Assembly (NCBI RefSeq): GCF_006345805.1
Contig: NW_021836863.1
Location: 1 to 36,746, forward strand
From: Octopus sinensis
Taxonomy: Eukaryota
DNA length: 36,746 nt
Direction: 5' to 3'
Shown here: piece by piece, positions 1 through 10,957 of the stretch
How the letters are laid out: the number at the start of each line of letters is the position of its first letter
How positions within the stretch are numbered: position 1 is the first letter of the stretch
Made by a program: the position numbers and the translations under genes
The notes under the pieces: generated by a model
The model's database searches: none
Told to the model about the DNA's origin: nothing
The model's input: only the letters and a program-made list of their open reading frames with translations

Positions 1-7
1 TTAACTA

Positions 8-243
8 GGAGAGTCCAGTTTGCTGGACATTGTTGTAGAGCTGAAAAAGAAGTAATTTCTACTCTTCTCCTCTGGAAGCCATCTACTCGCAACACCAGAG
101 GGCGCACACTCTCCTACCCTGATGTAATCTCCAGGGATACAGGCATCCAGCAACAGGACCTCCGTAATGCTATGATGGACCGTGAAGTCTGGCACAACAT
201 GGTAAATTCCATTGTCTCGACCACGGTCGAACAATGATGATGA
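8..243 (+). mobile_element. 5'-truncated RTE-type LINE 3' end with (TGA)n tail
   Basis: About 95% identical by manual alignment to 6383-6632. Encodes RRVQFAGHCCRAEKEVISTLLLWKPS, ends GAACAA(TGA)n, and is flanked by TTAACTA at 1-7 and 244-250 (candidate TSD). Confidence 0.85.
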
Positions 244-1471
244 TTAACTAAACACTTTTAAACTTCGTATACTAGTAGAATGTGTTTATAAAACATCATT
301 TTTTCTTGGCTTTATTGAGAAAATTCTATATGTTATAAGATATTTCGTCTGAAAATCAGAACATTTCGGCAATTTTAACCAATCAATTACCTCCATTCAA
401 CTAAAATCATTTGCTGCGTCCAAAACTGAGACAACATCCTGTAACTAGCCCTAAACCTAACCCTAACCCTAAATTTTGTTTCTTAATTGTTATTTAAATT
501 ATTTTCCATTGCTTTAGTTTTTTTTACACGCGTAACAATTAAATTAATTTAACAATTAAGAAAAAAAAATTGGGGGTTAGGATTAGGGGGGAGGTTTAGG
601 GTTAGTTACAGGATGTTGTCTCAGTTTTAGACGCAGCAAATGATTTTAGCTCAAAAGAGAGCATAGGATTGGTTAAAATTCGAAAAATTAAACTACGTTA
701 AACAAACAAATTACAATTTTCTCAAGAAAGCCAAGAGAAAAAAATGTTTTATTTTGACACATTCTACCAGTATACAATGTTTTAAAGTGTTTAGTTAACT
801 AGAAATTGTCTGCCGTTCAAAAGGAAAAGATCCCATTTTTTTCTCTTGGCTTTCTTGAGAAAATTGTAATTTGTTTGTTTAACGCAGTTTAATTTTTCAA
901 ATTTTAACCAATCCTATGCTCTCTTTTGAGCTAAAATCATTTGCTGCGTCTAAAACTGAGACAATATCCTGTAACTAACCCTAAACCTCCCCCCTAATCC
1001 TAACCCTAAATTTTAGCCTTTTGTTTTTTTTTTCTTAATTGTTAAATTAAAATTATTTTCCATTGCTTTCGTTTTAGCCTTTTTTTTTTTTTTTTAATTG
1101 TTATCCTTAAATTAATTTAACAATTAAGAAAAAATAAAACCAAAGGCTAAAACAAAAACAAAAACAAAACGAATAATTTTAGACACACCCGTAACAATTA
1201 AATTCATTTAACAATTAAGAAAAAAAAACCGAAAGGCTAAAATTTAGGGTTAGGGTTAGGGTTAGTGTTAGGGTTAGGGTTAGTGACAGGATGTTGTCTC
1301 AGTTTTAGACACAGCAAATAATTTTAGCTCAATAGAGGCCATTGATTGGTTAAGATTCGAAAAATTAAACTACGTTAAACTTACAAATTACAGTTTTCTC
1401 AAGAAAGCCAAGAGAAAAACATGTTTTATTTTGATACATTCTACCAGTATACGAAGTTTAAAAGTGTTTAG
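244..1471. mobile_element. Compound foldback/MITE-like element with four ~170-225 bp arms (L-R-L-R)
   Basis: ACTAAACACTTTTAAACTTCGTATAC (248-273) is the exact reverse complement of the terminus ending at 1471. Arms 575-744 and 837-1006 are near-perfect inverted repeats. TTAA lies at 244-247 and 795-798. Confidence 0.8.
1244..1283 (+). repeat. Interstitial telomere-type (TTAGGG)n tract inside a foldback arm
   Basis: TTAGGG x3, TTAGTG, TTAGGG x2, TTAG. Complementary CCCTAA tracts at ~448-471 and ~976-1008. Confidence 0.85.
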
Positions 1472-1590
1472 TATTTGTTTTCCTCAAGCATTGTACTGAT
1501 TCTTTCGGCCCTTTTTGCTGAACCGCTAATGTTACCAGGGATGTAAACAAACCAACAATTTTTGTCGAGTGGTTGTGGGTGATAAACACA
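1472..1590 (-). mobile_element. Degenerate SINE-A 3' fragment
   Basis: CTTTTTGCTGAACCGCTAA...GGGATGTAAACA matches the SINE-A 3' body. Confidence 0.6.
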
Positions 1591-1619
1591 CAGACACACT
1601 CGAATATACGAAAAATATG

Positions 1620-1790
<171 letters not shown>

Positions 1791-2267
1791 AATATGTATG
1801 TTTTATCTATTATTTTGCACATTACTTAATCATTGGTATATTATTGTTATTTTATTTTTTATATTTCTATTATATGTAATTTTCTAGATGGTGTAATTTA
1901 ATTGTTCATTTTGAATTGATAAAAGGTGGTTTTTTTCTAATTTTACATATATATATATATTATTTTGTGAAATATGATTTAGTATTTCTAGATTGAATTT
2001 TTCCCTGTAAGTTAGGAATAATATTCCCTCAAATTATTATTATGATATATATATATATATATATATATGTAAATTAAAATGGAGATAAAACCACTATTAG
2101 GCAAATCAAACAATGAAAAACATGAAAATAAACATAATTAATTTAATATATAAAATCTAAAATTTAAATTATTTAAATTTAAAATTATTTAAATTTAAAA
2201 TTATTTAAATTTAAAATGGAGACTAAATGAAGAGATGAGTAAAGTCAATAATGTATTGAGACAGTCA

Positions 2268-2477
2268 TTTCTACTCTAGGCACAAGGCCTGAAATTTCTG
2301 GGGAAGGAGCCAGTCGATTAGATCGACCCCAGTGCACAACTCGTACCGAATTTATCGACCTCAGAAGGATGAAGGGCAAAGTTGACCTCGGCAGATTTTG
2401 AACTCAGAATGTAATGACAGACGAAACACCGCTAAGCATTTCGCCCGGCATGCTGACTTTTCTGCCAGCTCACCACC
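2268..2477 (-). mobile_element. tRNA-derived SINE-B monomer
   Basis: Minus strand begins GGTGGTGAGCTGGCAGAA, has a B-box-like GAGTTCAAAATC, then GCCCTTCATCCTTCTGAGGTCGATAAATT and the tail CCTTGTGCCTAGAGTAGAAA. Confidence 0.85.
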
Positions 2478-2485
2478 TTAAATAT

Positions 2486-3403
2486 TTCTTTTCTGCTCTA
2501 GTCACAAGGCCTGAAATTTGCAGGGACTGGACTGCCAATTAGATTGACTCCAGTACAAAACTGGTACTTAATTTATCAACCTCAAAAGGATGAAAGGCAA
2601 AGTCGACCTTGGTGGAATTTGAACTCAGAATGTAAAGACAGACGAAATACCACTAAGCATTTCACCCTGCATGCTAACGTTTCTTATTTCTTTATTGCCC
2701 ACAAGAGGCTAGACTTAGAGGGGCAAACAAGGACAGACAAAGGGATTAAGTCGATTACATCAACCCCAGTGCTTAACTGGTTCTTAATTTATCGAATCCG
2801 AAAGGATGAAAGGCAAAGTTGACCTCGGCAGAATTTGAACTCAGAACGTAGCAGCAGACGAAATACCTATTTCTTTACTACCCACGGAGAGGACAGACAA
2901 AGGGATTAAGTTGATTACATCGACCCCAGTGCTTAACTGGTACTTAATTTATCGACCCCAAAAGGATAAAAGGCAAAGTCGGCCTCGGCGGAATTTGAGC
3001 TTAGAACGTAGCGGCAGACGAAATACCTATTTCTTTACTACCCACGGAGAGGACAGACAAAGGGATTAAGTTGATTACATCGACCCCAGTGCGTAACTGG
3101 TTCTTAATTTATCGAATCCGAAAGGATGAAAGGCAAAGTCGACCTCGGCAGAATTTGAGCTCAGAACGTAGCGGCAGACGAAATACCTATTTCTTTACTA
3201 CCCACAAGGGGCTAAACACAGAGAGGACAGACAAATGGATTAAGTCGATCACATCGACCCCAGTGCTTAACTGGTACTTAATTTATCGATCCCAAAAGGA
3301 TGAAAGGCAAAGTCAACCTCGGCGGAATTTGAACTCAGAACGTAGCGGCAGACGAAATACTGCCAAGCATTTTGCCCGGCGTGCTAATGTTTCTGCCAGC
3401 TTG
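2486..3403 (-). mobile_element. Multimeric SINE-B (five ~160-215 bp units, one full tRNA head)
   Basis: Units at ~2486-2673, 2674-2867, 2868-3027, 3028-3186 and 3187-3403, each retaining the B-box region. Confidence 0.85.
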
Positions 3404-4332
3404 CCGTCTTTGTGTTGAGACATATTGAAACAAAGAATACCTCACAAACAAATAATCTTTTCAAGGCTGCTTGTAGGATTGTGACAGAAAGGGTGAGATT
3501 GAGGACTACTGAGAATAGAAGAGGAAATAAACAACGTTGGTAGAAAAGGAGAATTTCAGAAGATATAAACTCCTTGAACAGTGCAGTGTCAATAGTTGTC
3601 AGGAAAAGAAATGGAGAACTGAAGAATGATCACAAATTGAAGAAGGCGAGGAAGAAGTATGGTGTTGATGCAAAAGGCCTGAATGTTGTAATTGAAGAAC
3701 TGAAGCAGTGCAGACATGCAAAAAAGGCAAAGCTAACTAGGTTGGAACAACAAATTAAGCAATACCGGCAAAACAAATTTAGAACCGACCGAAAAAGATT
3801 TTACCAAGAGATGATGATAAAGAACGTGGAAGATTAGTCACTGATGCTGATGAAAGTCTACAGTTCTGGGGTAAGATTTGGAGTCAGCAAGAACAACATA
3901 ATGCTACAGTTGGATGGCTCAGCAGCCTGAAACAACAGCTTCTTATCCCCAGAAAGAGTCTGTCCACTTCGCAGAAGACAGTATTAGAAATATGAGTTAA
4001 AATATAAGCAACAGGATCTGATGGGGTAGAAGGATTTTGGAAAAAAGTTCAGTAGTTGCCATAAATTGATCGCAGAGCAATTTAATTCATTGATCAATGG
4101 AGGAGAAATCCCGGACTGGTCGACAAAAGGACGAACGGTTTTGTGTCCGAAGGATGCATCAAAAAAAAAATGCTGCCGACAATTACAGACCAATTCCCTG
4201 CTTCTCATTAATGTGGAAAAATATGTTGATGAGACTGATATATTACCAATGAAACAAAAAGGCTGTAGAAGGAGATGGTACCAAAGATCAATTATTGATA
4301 GACAAATTGGTAATGCAAGATTGTAAACAAAA

Positions 4333-4497
4333 GGAGTGGCTGTGTGGTAAGTAGCTTGCTTACCAACCACATGGTTCCGGGTTCAGTCCCACTGCGTCGC
4401 TCCTTGGGCAAGTGTCTTCTACTATAGCCTTGGGCCGACCAAAGCCTTGTGAGTGGATTTGGTAGACGGAAACTGAAACAAGCCCATCGTATATATG

Positions 4498-4528
<31 letters not shown>

Positions 4529-4701
4529 TAGGCGCAGGAGTGGCTGTGTGGTAAGTAGCTTGTTTACCAACCACATGGTTCCGGGTTCAGTCCCACTGTG
4601 TGGCACCTTGGGCAAGTGTCTTCTATTATAGCCTCGGGCCGACCAAAGCCTTGTGAGTGGATTTGGTAGACGGAAACTGAAAGAAGCCCATCGTATATAT
4701 G

Positions 4702-4761
<60 letters not shown>

Positions 4762-4958
4762 TGTGTGTGTTTGTCCCCCTAGCATTGCTTGACAACTGAT
4801 GCTGGTGTGTTTATGTCTCCGTTACTTAGCGGTTCGGCAAAAGAGACCAATAGAATTAGTACTGGGCTTACAAAAGAATAAGTATCGGGGTGGAGTTGCT
4901 CGATTAAAGGCGGTGCTCCAGCATGGCCGCAGTCAAAAGACTGAAACAAGTAAAAGAG
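4333..4958 (+). mobile_element. SINE-A: partial copy (4333-4530) plus full copy (4531-4958)
   Basis: A-box-like TGGCTGTGTGG, B-box GGTTCAGTCC, CCTTGGGCAAGTG core, internal (TA)n, tail AACAAGTAAAAGAG. Confidence 0.9.
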
Positions 4959-6037
4959 AAGGAATGACTTGGATTGTCTATTGCAAAGCTTATGATATGA
5001 TTCCATCTCTGTCTGGAATTCTGAGGAACGGAACATGTTTCCTGAAGAAAAGTATGGTGGGTGGAAAACTGAACCGACATCTTAGAGAAAAATATTGGGC
5101 ACCCTGGGTGTCAGAAGAGGTATTTTCCAAGGTGATAGTTTATCTCTGTTGCTTTTTGTTCTCTGCATGATCCCCTTGGCCGTGGTACTCAGCTAAATAA
5201 ACCTTGGATATCAGCTAAAGGGAAAATTCCGAACATTCACCCATCTCCTCTTTATGGAGGATTTGAAACTGTATGACAAGGATGAGACACAAGTGAGTCC
5301 CATGGTGAACCCGGTTCACTATTTTAGTGCTGATATTAGAATGGAATTTGAAGTCAAGAAATGTAGAATAATCTACGTAAAAAGAGACAAGGTACCGTAC
5401 CTAGCAGGGACAAAATTACTGGATAGAGAACTGATTAAGCAAATGAAATGGAAGGCTATGAATACCTTGGTGTACAAGAGTTCAACGAGATAATGGAGAA
5501 GGAAATGAAAGAGCTACCCGAGGGTGGAATATTTCCAAAGACTATGATTGGTGTTGCACTCAAAATTGACTGGATGGAAAAAGCAGTTAACCCAGGGGCA
5601 ATAGCATCACTTCGGTACGGAGCTGGAATTATAAAATGGCAAAAGAAAGAACTGAAGAAAATGGATACAAAGACAAGAAAAAGGTTGACTGTACACGGAG
5701 CCTTCCACCTGAAGAGTGACACCTATAGGCTGTACCTGTCCCGAGGAAAAGGTGGGAGAGGCTTAATCAGTTGCCAGGATTGTATAAAAGCAGAGGAAAA
5801 CAGCTTAGGAGGGGGGGGTATGTAAAAAATGCAGTGGAGCCTTTGTTGAAACCTGCAAAGAAGGCTGGCGTAATCAAAACTGAGAATTGTTTAATGAAAG
5901 AAATATTTAAAGAGGAAATGAACAGGAAAAAAAGAAACAGCATGGAAGGGAAAGAAATCTAGTCAGTTTGCAAGAGATGCAAACACCAAGAAAGACAGAG
6001 AAGACCGCTGGCTATGGATGAGGAGGAGTGACCTCAA

Positions 6038-6632
6038 CAATGAGCCCTTAAATATGGTTTCTGATTACAAATATCTTGGGTCATACATATCATCATCTGG
6101 AAAAGACTTTCTAACTAGAAAGGGTATGGCCTGGTCAGCCTGTAATAACATGCATAAGATCTGGTCATCAAATCTAAGTAGAGACTTCAAACTTGAAATC
6201 TTCAAAGCCACAGTCGAACCAATTCTACAATATGGCTCAGAAACCTGGACGTTATCAAAGAAGCTTGAGAGGCGGTTGGATGGAACCTACACTCGCCTCC
6301 TTATGAGAGCTCAAAATCTCTCGTGGAACCACCATCCAACCAAAATGCAAATATATGGGAAACTACCACCTGTGTCATCTCTTGTGAAAGGTAGGAGAGT
6401 CCAGTTTGCTGGACATTGTTGTAGAGCTGAAAACGAGGTAATTTCTACTCTTCTCCTCTGGAAGCCATCTACTCACAATACCAGAGGGTGCACACTCTCC
6501 TACCCTGATGTAATCTCCAGGGATACAGGCATCAAGCAACAGGACCTCCATAATGTCATGATGGACCGTGAAGTCTGGCGTAGCATGGTAAATTCCATTG
6601 TCTCGACCACGGTCGAACAATGATGATGATGA
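6038..6632 (+). mobile_element. 5'-truncated RTE-type LINE (RT thumb/C-terminus) with (TGA)n tail
   Basis: Open frame to the stop at 6623: DYKYLGSYI, AWSACNNMHKIWSSNLS, ATVEPILQYGSETWTL, LDGTYTRLL, RRVQFAGHC. Confidence 0.85.
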
Positions 6633-7064
6633 GAGATATAAGCACTTATATGTGCAGCCTAAGAACAAGCATTAAGGACTAACTGTGTCAAGTGCAGAAT
6701 AGACAAGACAACAACAAATACAACAACAACAGCAGCAATAACGAAAACACAACAACAACAACAGCAGCAACAACAAAAACAACAACAACAGCATCAGCAA
6801 CATGGTTAGCAAAATAATTTGAAATTTTTCTTTTTTTCGTTGACATTTTGGGGATTTTTGAAAGGGAGCGAGGGTGGGGCAGGAGCAGGTGCAGGGCTGG
6901 CGGGGTTCGTTTTGCAGAAAGATCAACTCGTTGATGATGAAATGACAAAGTTGACCTTTCGGTGACCTTTGCAGAGGTCAATTTAACAGTTTAATAGAGA
7001 AGATGGCAACTGGGAGAATATGATTGAACAAGTTTTATACACACTGCACTTATGTTACATCATT

Positions 7065-7545
7065 TGCTGTGTGTATGTGTGTGCATATATATGTGTGTGT
7101 ATGTATATGTGTGTGTGTGTCTGTATATGTATATATGTGTGTGTGTGTGTGCATATATATGCATGTGTATGTATATGTATATGTGTGTATATGTATATAT
7201 GTCTGTATATGTATATATGTGTGTGTGCACGTGTATGCATATGTATATGTGTGCGTGTATCTGTATATGTATATATGTGTGTGTGTGTGCATATATACGT
7301 GTATTATGTGTGTGTATGTATATGTATATGTGTGTGTGTGTCTGTATATGTATATGTGTGTGTGCACGTGTATGCATATGTATATGTGTGTGTGTGCATC
7401 TGTATGTGTATGTATATGTGTGCGTGTGTCTGTATATGTATATATGTGTGTGTGCATATATATGTGTGAATGCATGTATGCATATGTATGTATATGTATA
7501 TGTGTTTGTGTGTGTATGTATATATGTATGTGTGTATATATATAA
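7065..7545. repeat. Compound (TG)/(TA) micro/minisatellite
   Basis: Direct inspection; source of many spurious ORFs. Confidence 0.95.
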
Positions 7546-7548
7546 AAA

Positions 7549-7866
7549 GGAGCACTCTGTCAGTTACGACGACGGGGGTCCCAGCTGATCCGATCAACGG
7601 AACAGCCTGCTTTGCTTGTTAGATTCCATGCAAGTGGCTGAGTACTCCACAGACACATGGACCCCTTTACATAATTCTCAGGGAGATTCAGTGTGATAAG
7701 CCAGCCCCTTTGAATTGCTGGTACAACTCATTTTTGCCAGCTGAGTGGACTGGAGCAACGTGAAATAAAGTGTCTTGCTCAAGGACACAACACATTGCTA
7801 GGAATTGAACTCACGACCTTACGATCATGATCTGAATGTCCTGACCACTAAGCCATGTGTCTTCAC
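7549..7866 (-). mobile_element. tRNA-derived CORE-like SINE-E
   Basis: Minus strand: TGGCTTAGTGG A-box, GAGTTCAATTCC B-box, CORE-like GTGTCCTTGAGCAAGACACTTTA, and a tail shared with SINE-D. Confidence 0.8.
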
Positions 7867-7884
7867 TAAAAGAAATATGTGTGT

Positions 7885-8266
7885 GTGGAGGCGCAATGGC
7901 CCAGTGGTTAGGGCAACGGACTCACTGTTGTAGGATCACGGTTTCAATTCCCAGACCGGGCGTTGTGAGTGTTTATTGAGTGAAAACACCTAAAGCTCCA
8001 TGAGGCTCTGGCAAGGGGTTGTGGCGAACCCTACTGTCGTCTTTCACCGCAACTTTCTCTCACTCTTTCTTCCTGTTTCTGTTGTACCTTTATTTCAAAG
8101 GGGCCAGCCTTGTCACCCTCTGTGTCACACTGAATCTCCCTGAGAACTACTTTAAGGGGACATGTGTCTGCAAAGTGCTCAACCACTTGCACATTAATTT
8201 CATAAGTGGGCTGTTCCATTGATCGGATCAAATGGAACCCTCGTCGTTGTAAATGACAGAGTGCCA
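7885..8266 (+). mobile_element. tRNA-derived SINE-D (tail type 1)
   Basis: TGGCCCAGTGGTTAGGG A-box, GGTTTCAATTCCC B-box, tail ...GGCTGTTCCATTGATCGGATCA...GACAGAGTGCC. Confidence 0.85.
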
Positions 8267-8482
8267 CGATATATTTATAATATAATGTATATGTGTGTGT
8301 ATATATACATATATATCCACCTATCCACCACTGCACAAAATAACATGAATCTTGGAAGGCAACACTTGAAGTCTATGACTTATTTCCCCTTCCTATACAT
8401 AATCCATTTTACTAAATTTTACTCCTTCCACACTAAGTCTTGCTTCTATTCTTCTTATGCCCTCTTTAATAAGAAAAATATA

Positions 8483-9048
8483 CTGGGTTGTGCGAAAAGT
8501 TCGTGCCGATTTATAGTAGCTTACTTTCCGACTTATTTTAGAACATGTTTGAGTCCATAAAATAGGATTTGACTACTCTTCCATTTAGAGCACAGTTTGA
8601 GCTATCTTTTCATGGAAGAAGGTTTGTGTTCCTATAACCTGTGTTAATTCTGTAACCCTTTAAAATGGAAGATAAGAAAGTTCATTTTCGGCATTTGATG
8701 CTTTGGGAATCAGACAAAAATTGATTCAGCTTGGCTGGGATGTGTTACCCCACCTTCCATATTCACCAGACATTGCTCCTTTGGATTTCCACTTATTCAG
8801 GTCTCTGCAGAATAGTCTTAATGGTAAAAATTTCAATTCCTTGGATGACGTAAAAAGATACCTTGATGAATTCTTTGCCATGAAACCGTCTCCTTTCTGG
8901 GCAGAGGGTATTTTCAAGTTAAAGGAAAAATGGAGACGCATTGTGCAACAAAATGGTTCATATTTAGTTGATTAAAAATGTAATGGCAAGTATTTATTGA
9001 CCTTTTTCTTTCCTTCAAAAATCGGCACAAACTTTCCGGATAACCCAA
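8483..9048 (+). mobile_element. Internally deleted mariner (Tc1/mariner) transposon
   Basis: 30-bp TIRs at 8483-8512 and 9019-9048 (25/30 match), TA on both flanks. N-terminus MEDKKVHFRHLML (ATG 8665) is fused out of frame to the C-terminus GWDVLPHLPYSPDIAPLDFHLFRSLQN...NGSYLVD* (stop at 8975). Confidence 0.92.
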
Positions 9049-10520
9049 TAGTAAGTGACTCTTGTGTGTATCGACTCCCTTAACCATCAAAACCCTCTGA
9101 TGAAGCCTAGAGGCACACTCAACATCCAAACTCTATCTGCCCATCCCTACAGAACACTGAAGAGATGGAGGATATCATGGCCCCTTGGCAGAAACAGTCA
9201 TAAGGAACTGATCTTTTAGTCTTTTACTCTTTTGTGTATTACTATTGTTAGTATTACTAGTACATATTTGTCTTTTTCTATGTATGACAGCAATTATATA
9301 TTTCCCAGATGCGTCCGCTAAGCAGAATAATGTTATGGCGGTTTTTGTTTTAAACCTTAAGCTTTCTCTTAGGTTATATTATTTTATTTGGCTTTTCTCT
9401 GAGGAAGGGAGAATATAATGATTCAACGTCACTTATACTAAAGTGTTATCATTATACCTAAAACCCTAACTACAGTTATAACGCCATAGAGACATATACG
9501 CATGAAACGCTATATTAATGACATGTATGTTGAATATTTTAATTGTGTCCTTTAAACCGCTATAAGAAACATAAATTAAAGATTACAGAAATGCATATTT
9601 ATTTATGCTCAGTTGAAAAACAAACGTGAAGAGAAACATTTCCTTTAAATTATTTTTATTATATAAATATAACATTTCATATTATTTACAGTAAGAAAGA
9701 TAACTTTGTCGTGAAGAAGAACGACTATAAATTCATTAACTAATTTCTTCTTTTCTAACTAATAATTCAACCTACAAATCAAAATAGATTTGTGATTAAC
9801 TTAGACATGGCATGAAAATTACCGATGTCTCAAAAGAGTGAGTGTCGTGGAGTTAAGTGACATCCAACAAACACTAAAGTTTTTCCCCAAATCCAGGGTT
9901 TTTATAACTGCTCAACTTGACTAAAAAGAATCGAAATTCAGGACAAATATTCTATACGAAACTTTTAGAATCTTTATATGAGCAGTTATATTAACCGATG
10001 GAAAAAACGAAAATGATAATTCTTCGGCAAAGACATTACGTCATATTGCCAATTCGCGCCACATTTCAAAATGGCTAAAATGGTTATTGCTACAATGTCT
10101 TTGCCACTTGACCCTTCAAACCTCTTCTAGGCCACCAGGGGCTGCAATGGAGATAACAGACCTCCAACGAAATCATTTGTTCTCAACAATATGTCTATCC
10201 TTCTGGCTGCTTTTTGATAGTTATGAAGACAAGAACTCCGTAAGCTAAAGGCAGTTACAGAGTGCGGCCATCAGTAAGTGTGGACGTTATTATTGCACTT
10301 TCTTCTAACACTTCATTTATATATTTCTATACATATATACTACATTCATATATTACCTTTAATTAATTAACCTTCATAAAGTTCACCTTTAAGATGCCAT
10401 GACGAGTCCGACCACGACTGGTTGCTTCTACTTCCCAAGCTACTCCAATGCGACAACGGCGATCTCAAGTAAGTCTCTGATTCATTATATTTCGTATTTA
10501 CAAAATAAAACAAGTATTCT

Positions 10521-10718
10521 TCTCTTTTACTCTCTTTTTCTTGTTTCAGTCATTTGACTGTGGCCATGCTGGAGCACCGCCTTTAGTCGAGCAACTCGAC
10601 CCCGGGACTTATTCTTCGTAAGCCCAGTACTTATTCTGTCGGTCTCTTTTGCCGAACCGCTAAGTGATGGGGACGTAAACACACCAGCATCGGTTGTCAA
10701 GCAATGCTAGGGGGACAA

Positions 10719-10771
<53 letters not shown>

Positions 10772-10934
10772 CGATGGGCTTCATTCAGTTTCCGTCTACC
10801 AAATCCACTCACAAGGCATTAGTCGGCCCGGGGCTATAGCAGAAGACACTTGCCCAAGGTGCCACGCAGTGGAACTGAACCCAGAACCATGTGGTTGGTA
10901 AGCAAGCTACTAACCACACAGCCACTCCTGCGCC
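10521..10934 (-). mobile_element. SINE-A full copy
   Basis: Reverse complement of the SINE-A head, core, internal (CA)/(TA) tract and tail. Confidence 0.9.
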
Positions 10935-10957
10935 TCTTCGTCTATTCCAATTCAATA

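Larger units (their letters stand above)
3420..6705 (+). mobile_element. Decayed R4/Dong-clade-like non-LTR retrotransposon (RT pseudogene), interrupted by SINE-A and RTE
   Basis: Frameshifted motifs PDWSTKGRTVLCPKD, KQKGC, KAYDMIP, RRGIFQGDSLS, HLLFMEDLKLY, YEYLGV, RLYLSRGKGGRGL and WMRRSDL. After the RTE insertion the frame resumes as ALICAA*EQALRTNCVKCRIDK. Clade assignment is from remembered motif similarity. Confidence 0.75.

Noticed and set aside
1244-1283. True chromosome end or telomere fusion scar
   Set aside because: Tracts are only 4-7 degenerate units and are embedded symmetrically within repeat arms.
2160-2217. 14-bp AT-only tandem repeat (AAATTTAAAATTATTT-like)
   Set aside because: Short low-complexity slippage product with no further structure.
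6018-6623. 201-aa ORF as a host gene or single protein
   Set aside because: Chimera of an R4-like fragment (MRRSDL) and a 5'-truncated RTE RT C-terminus.
7020-7597. Many long ORFs (YIYI, CVCV, HTHT proteins) here and at 1468-1887, 12586-12961, 25799-26479, 28707-29452 and 33716-36101
   Set aside because: Translations of dinucleotide microsatellites, which lack stop codons; no coding signal.
7885-7960. tRNA genes (here and at other SINE heads)
   Set aside because: A/B boxes run directly into SINE bodies, with no convincing acceptor stem or terminator.
9095-9125. Hammerhead remnant CTGATGAAGCCTAGAGGC
   Set aside because: Core and stem II are present but the GAAA and stem III are missing (ACACTC); single copy, cannot be supported.
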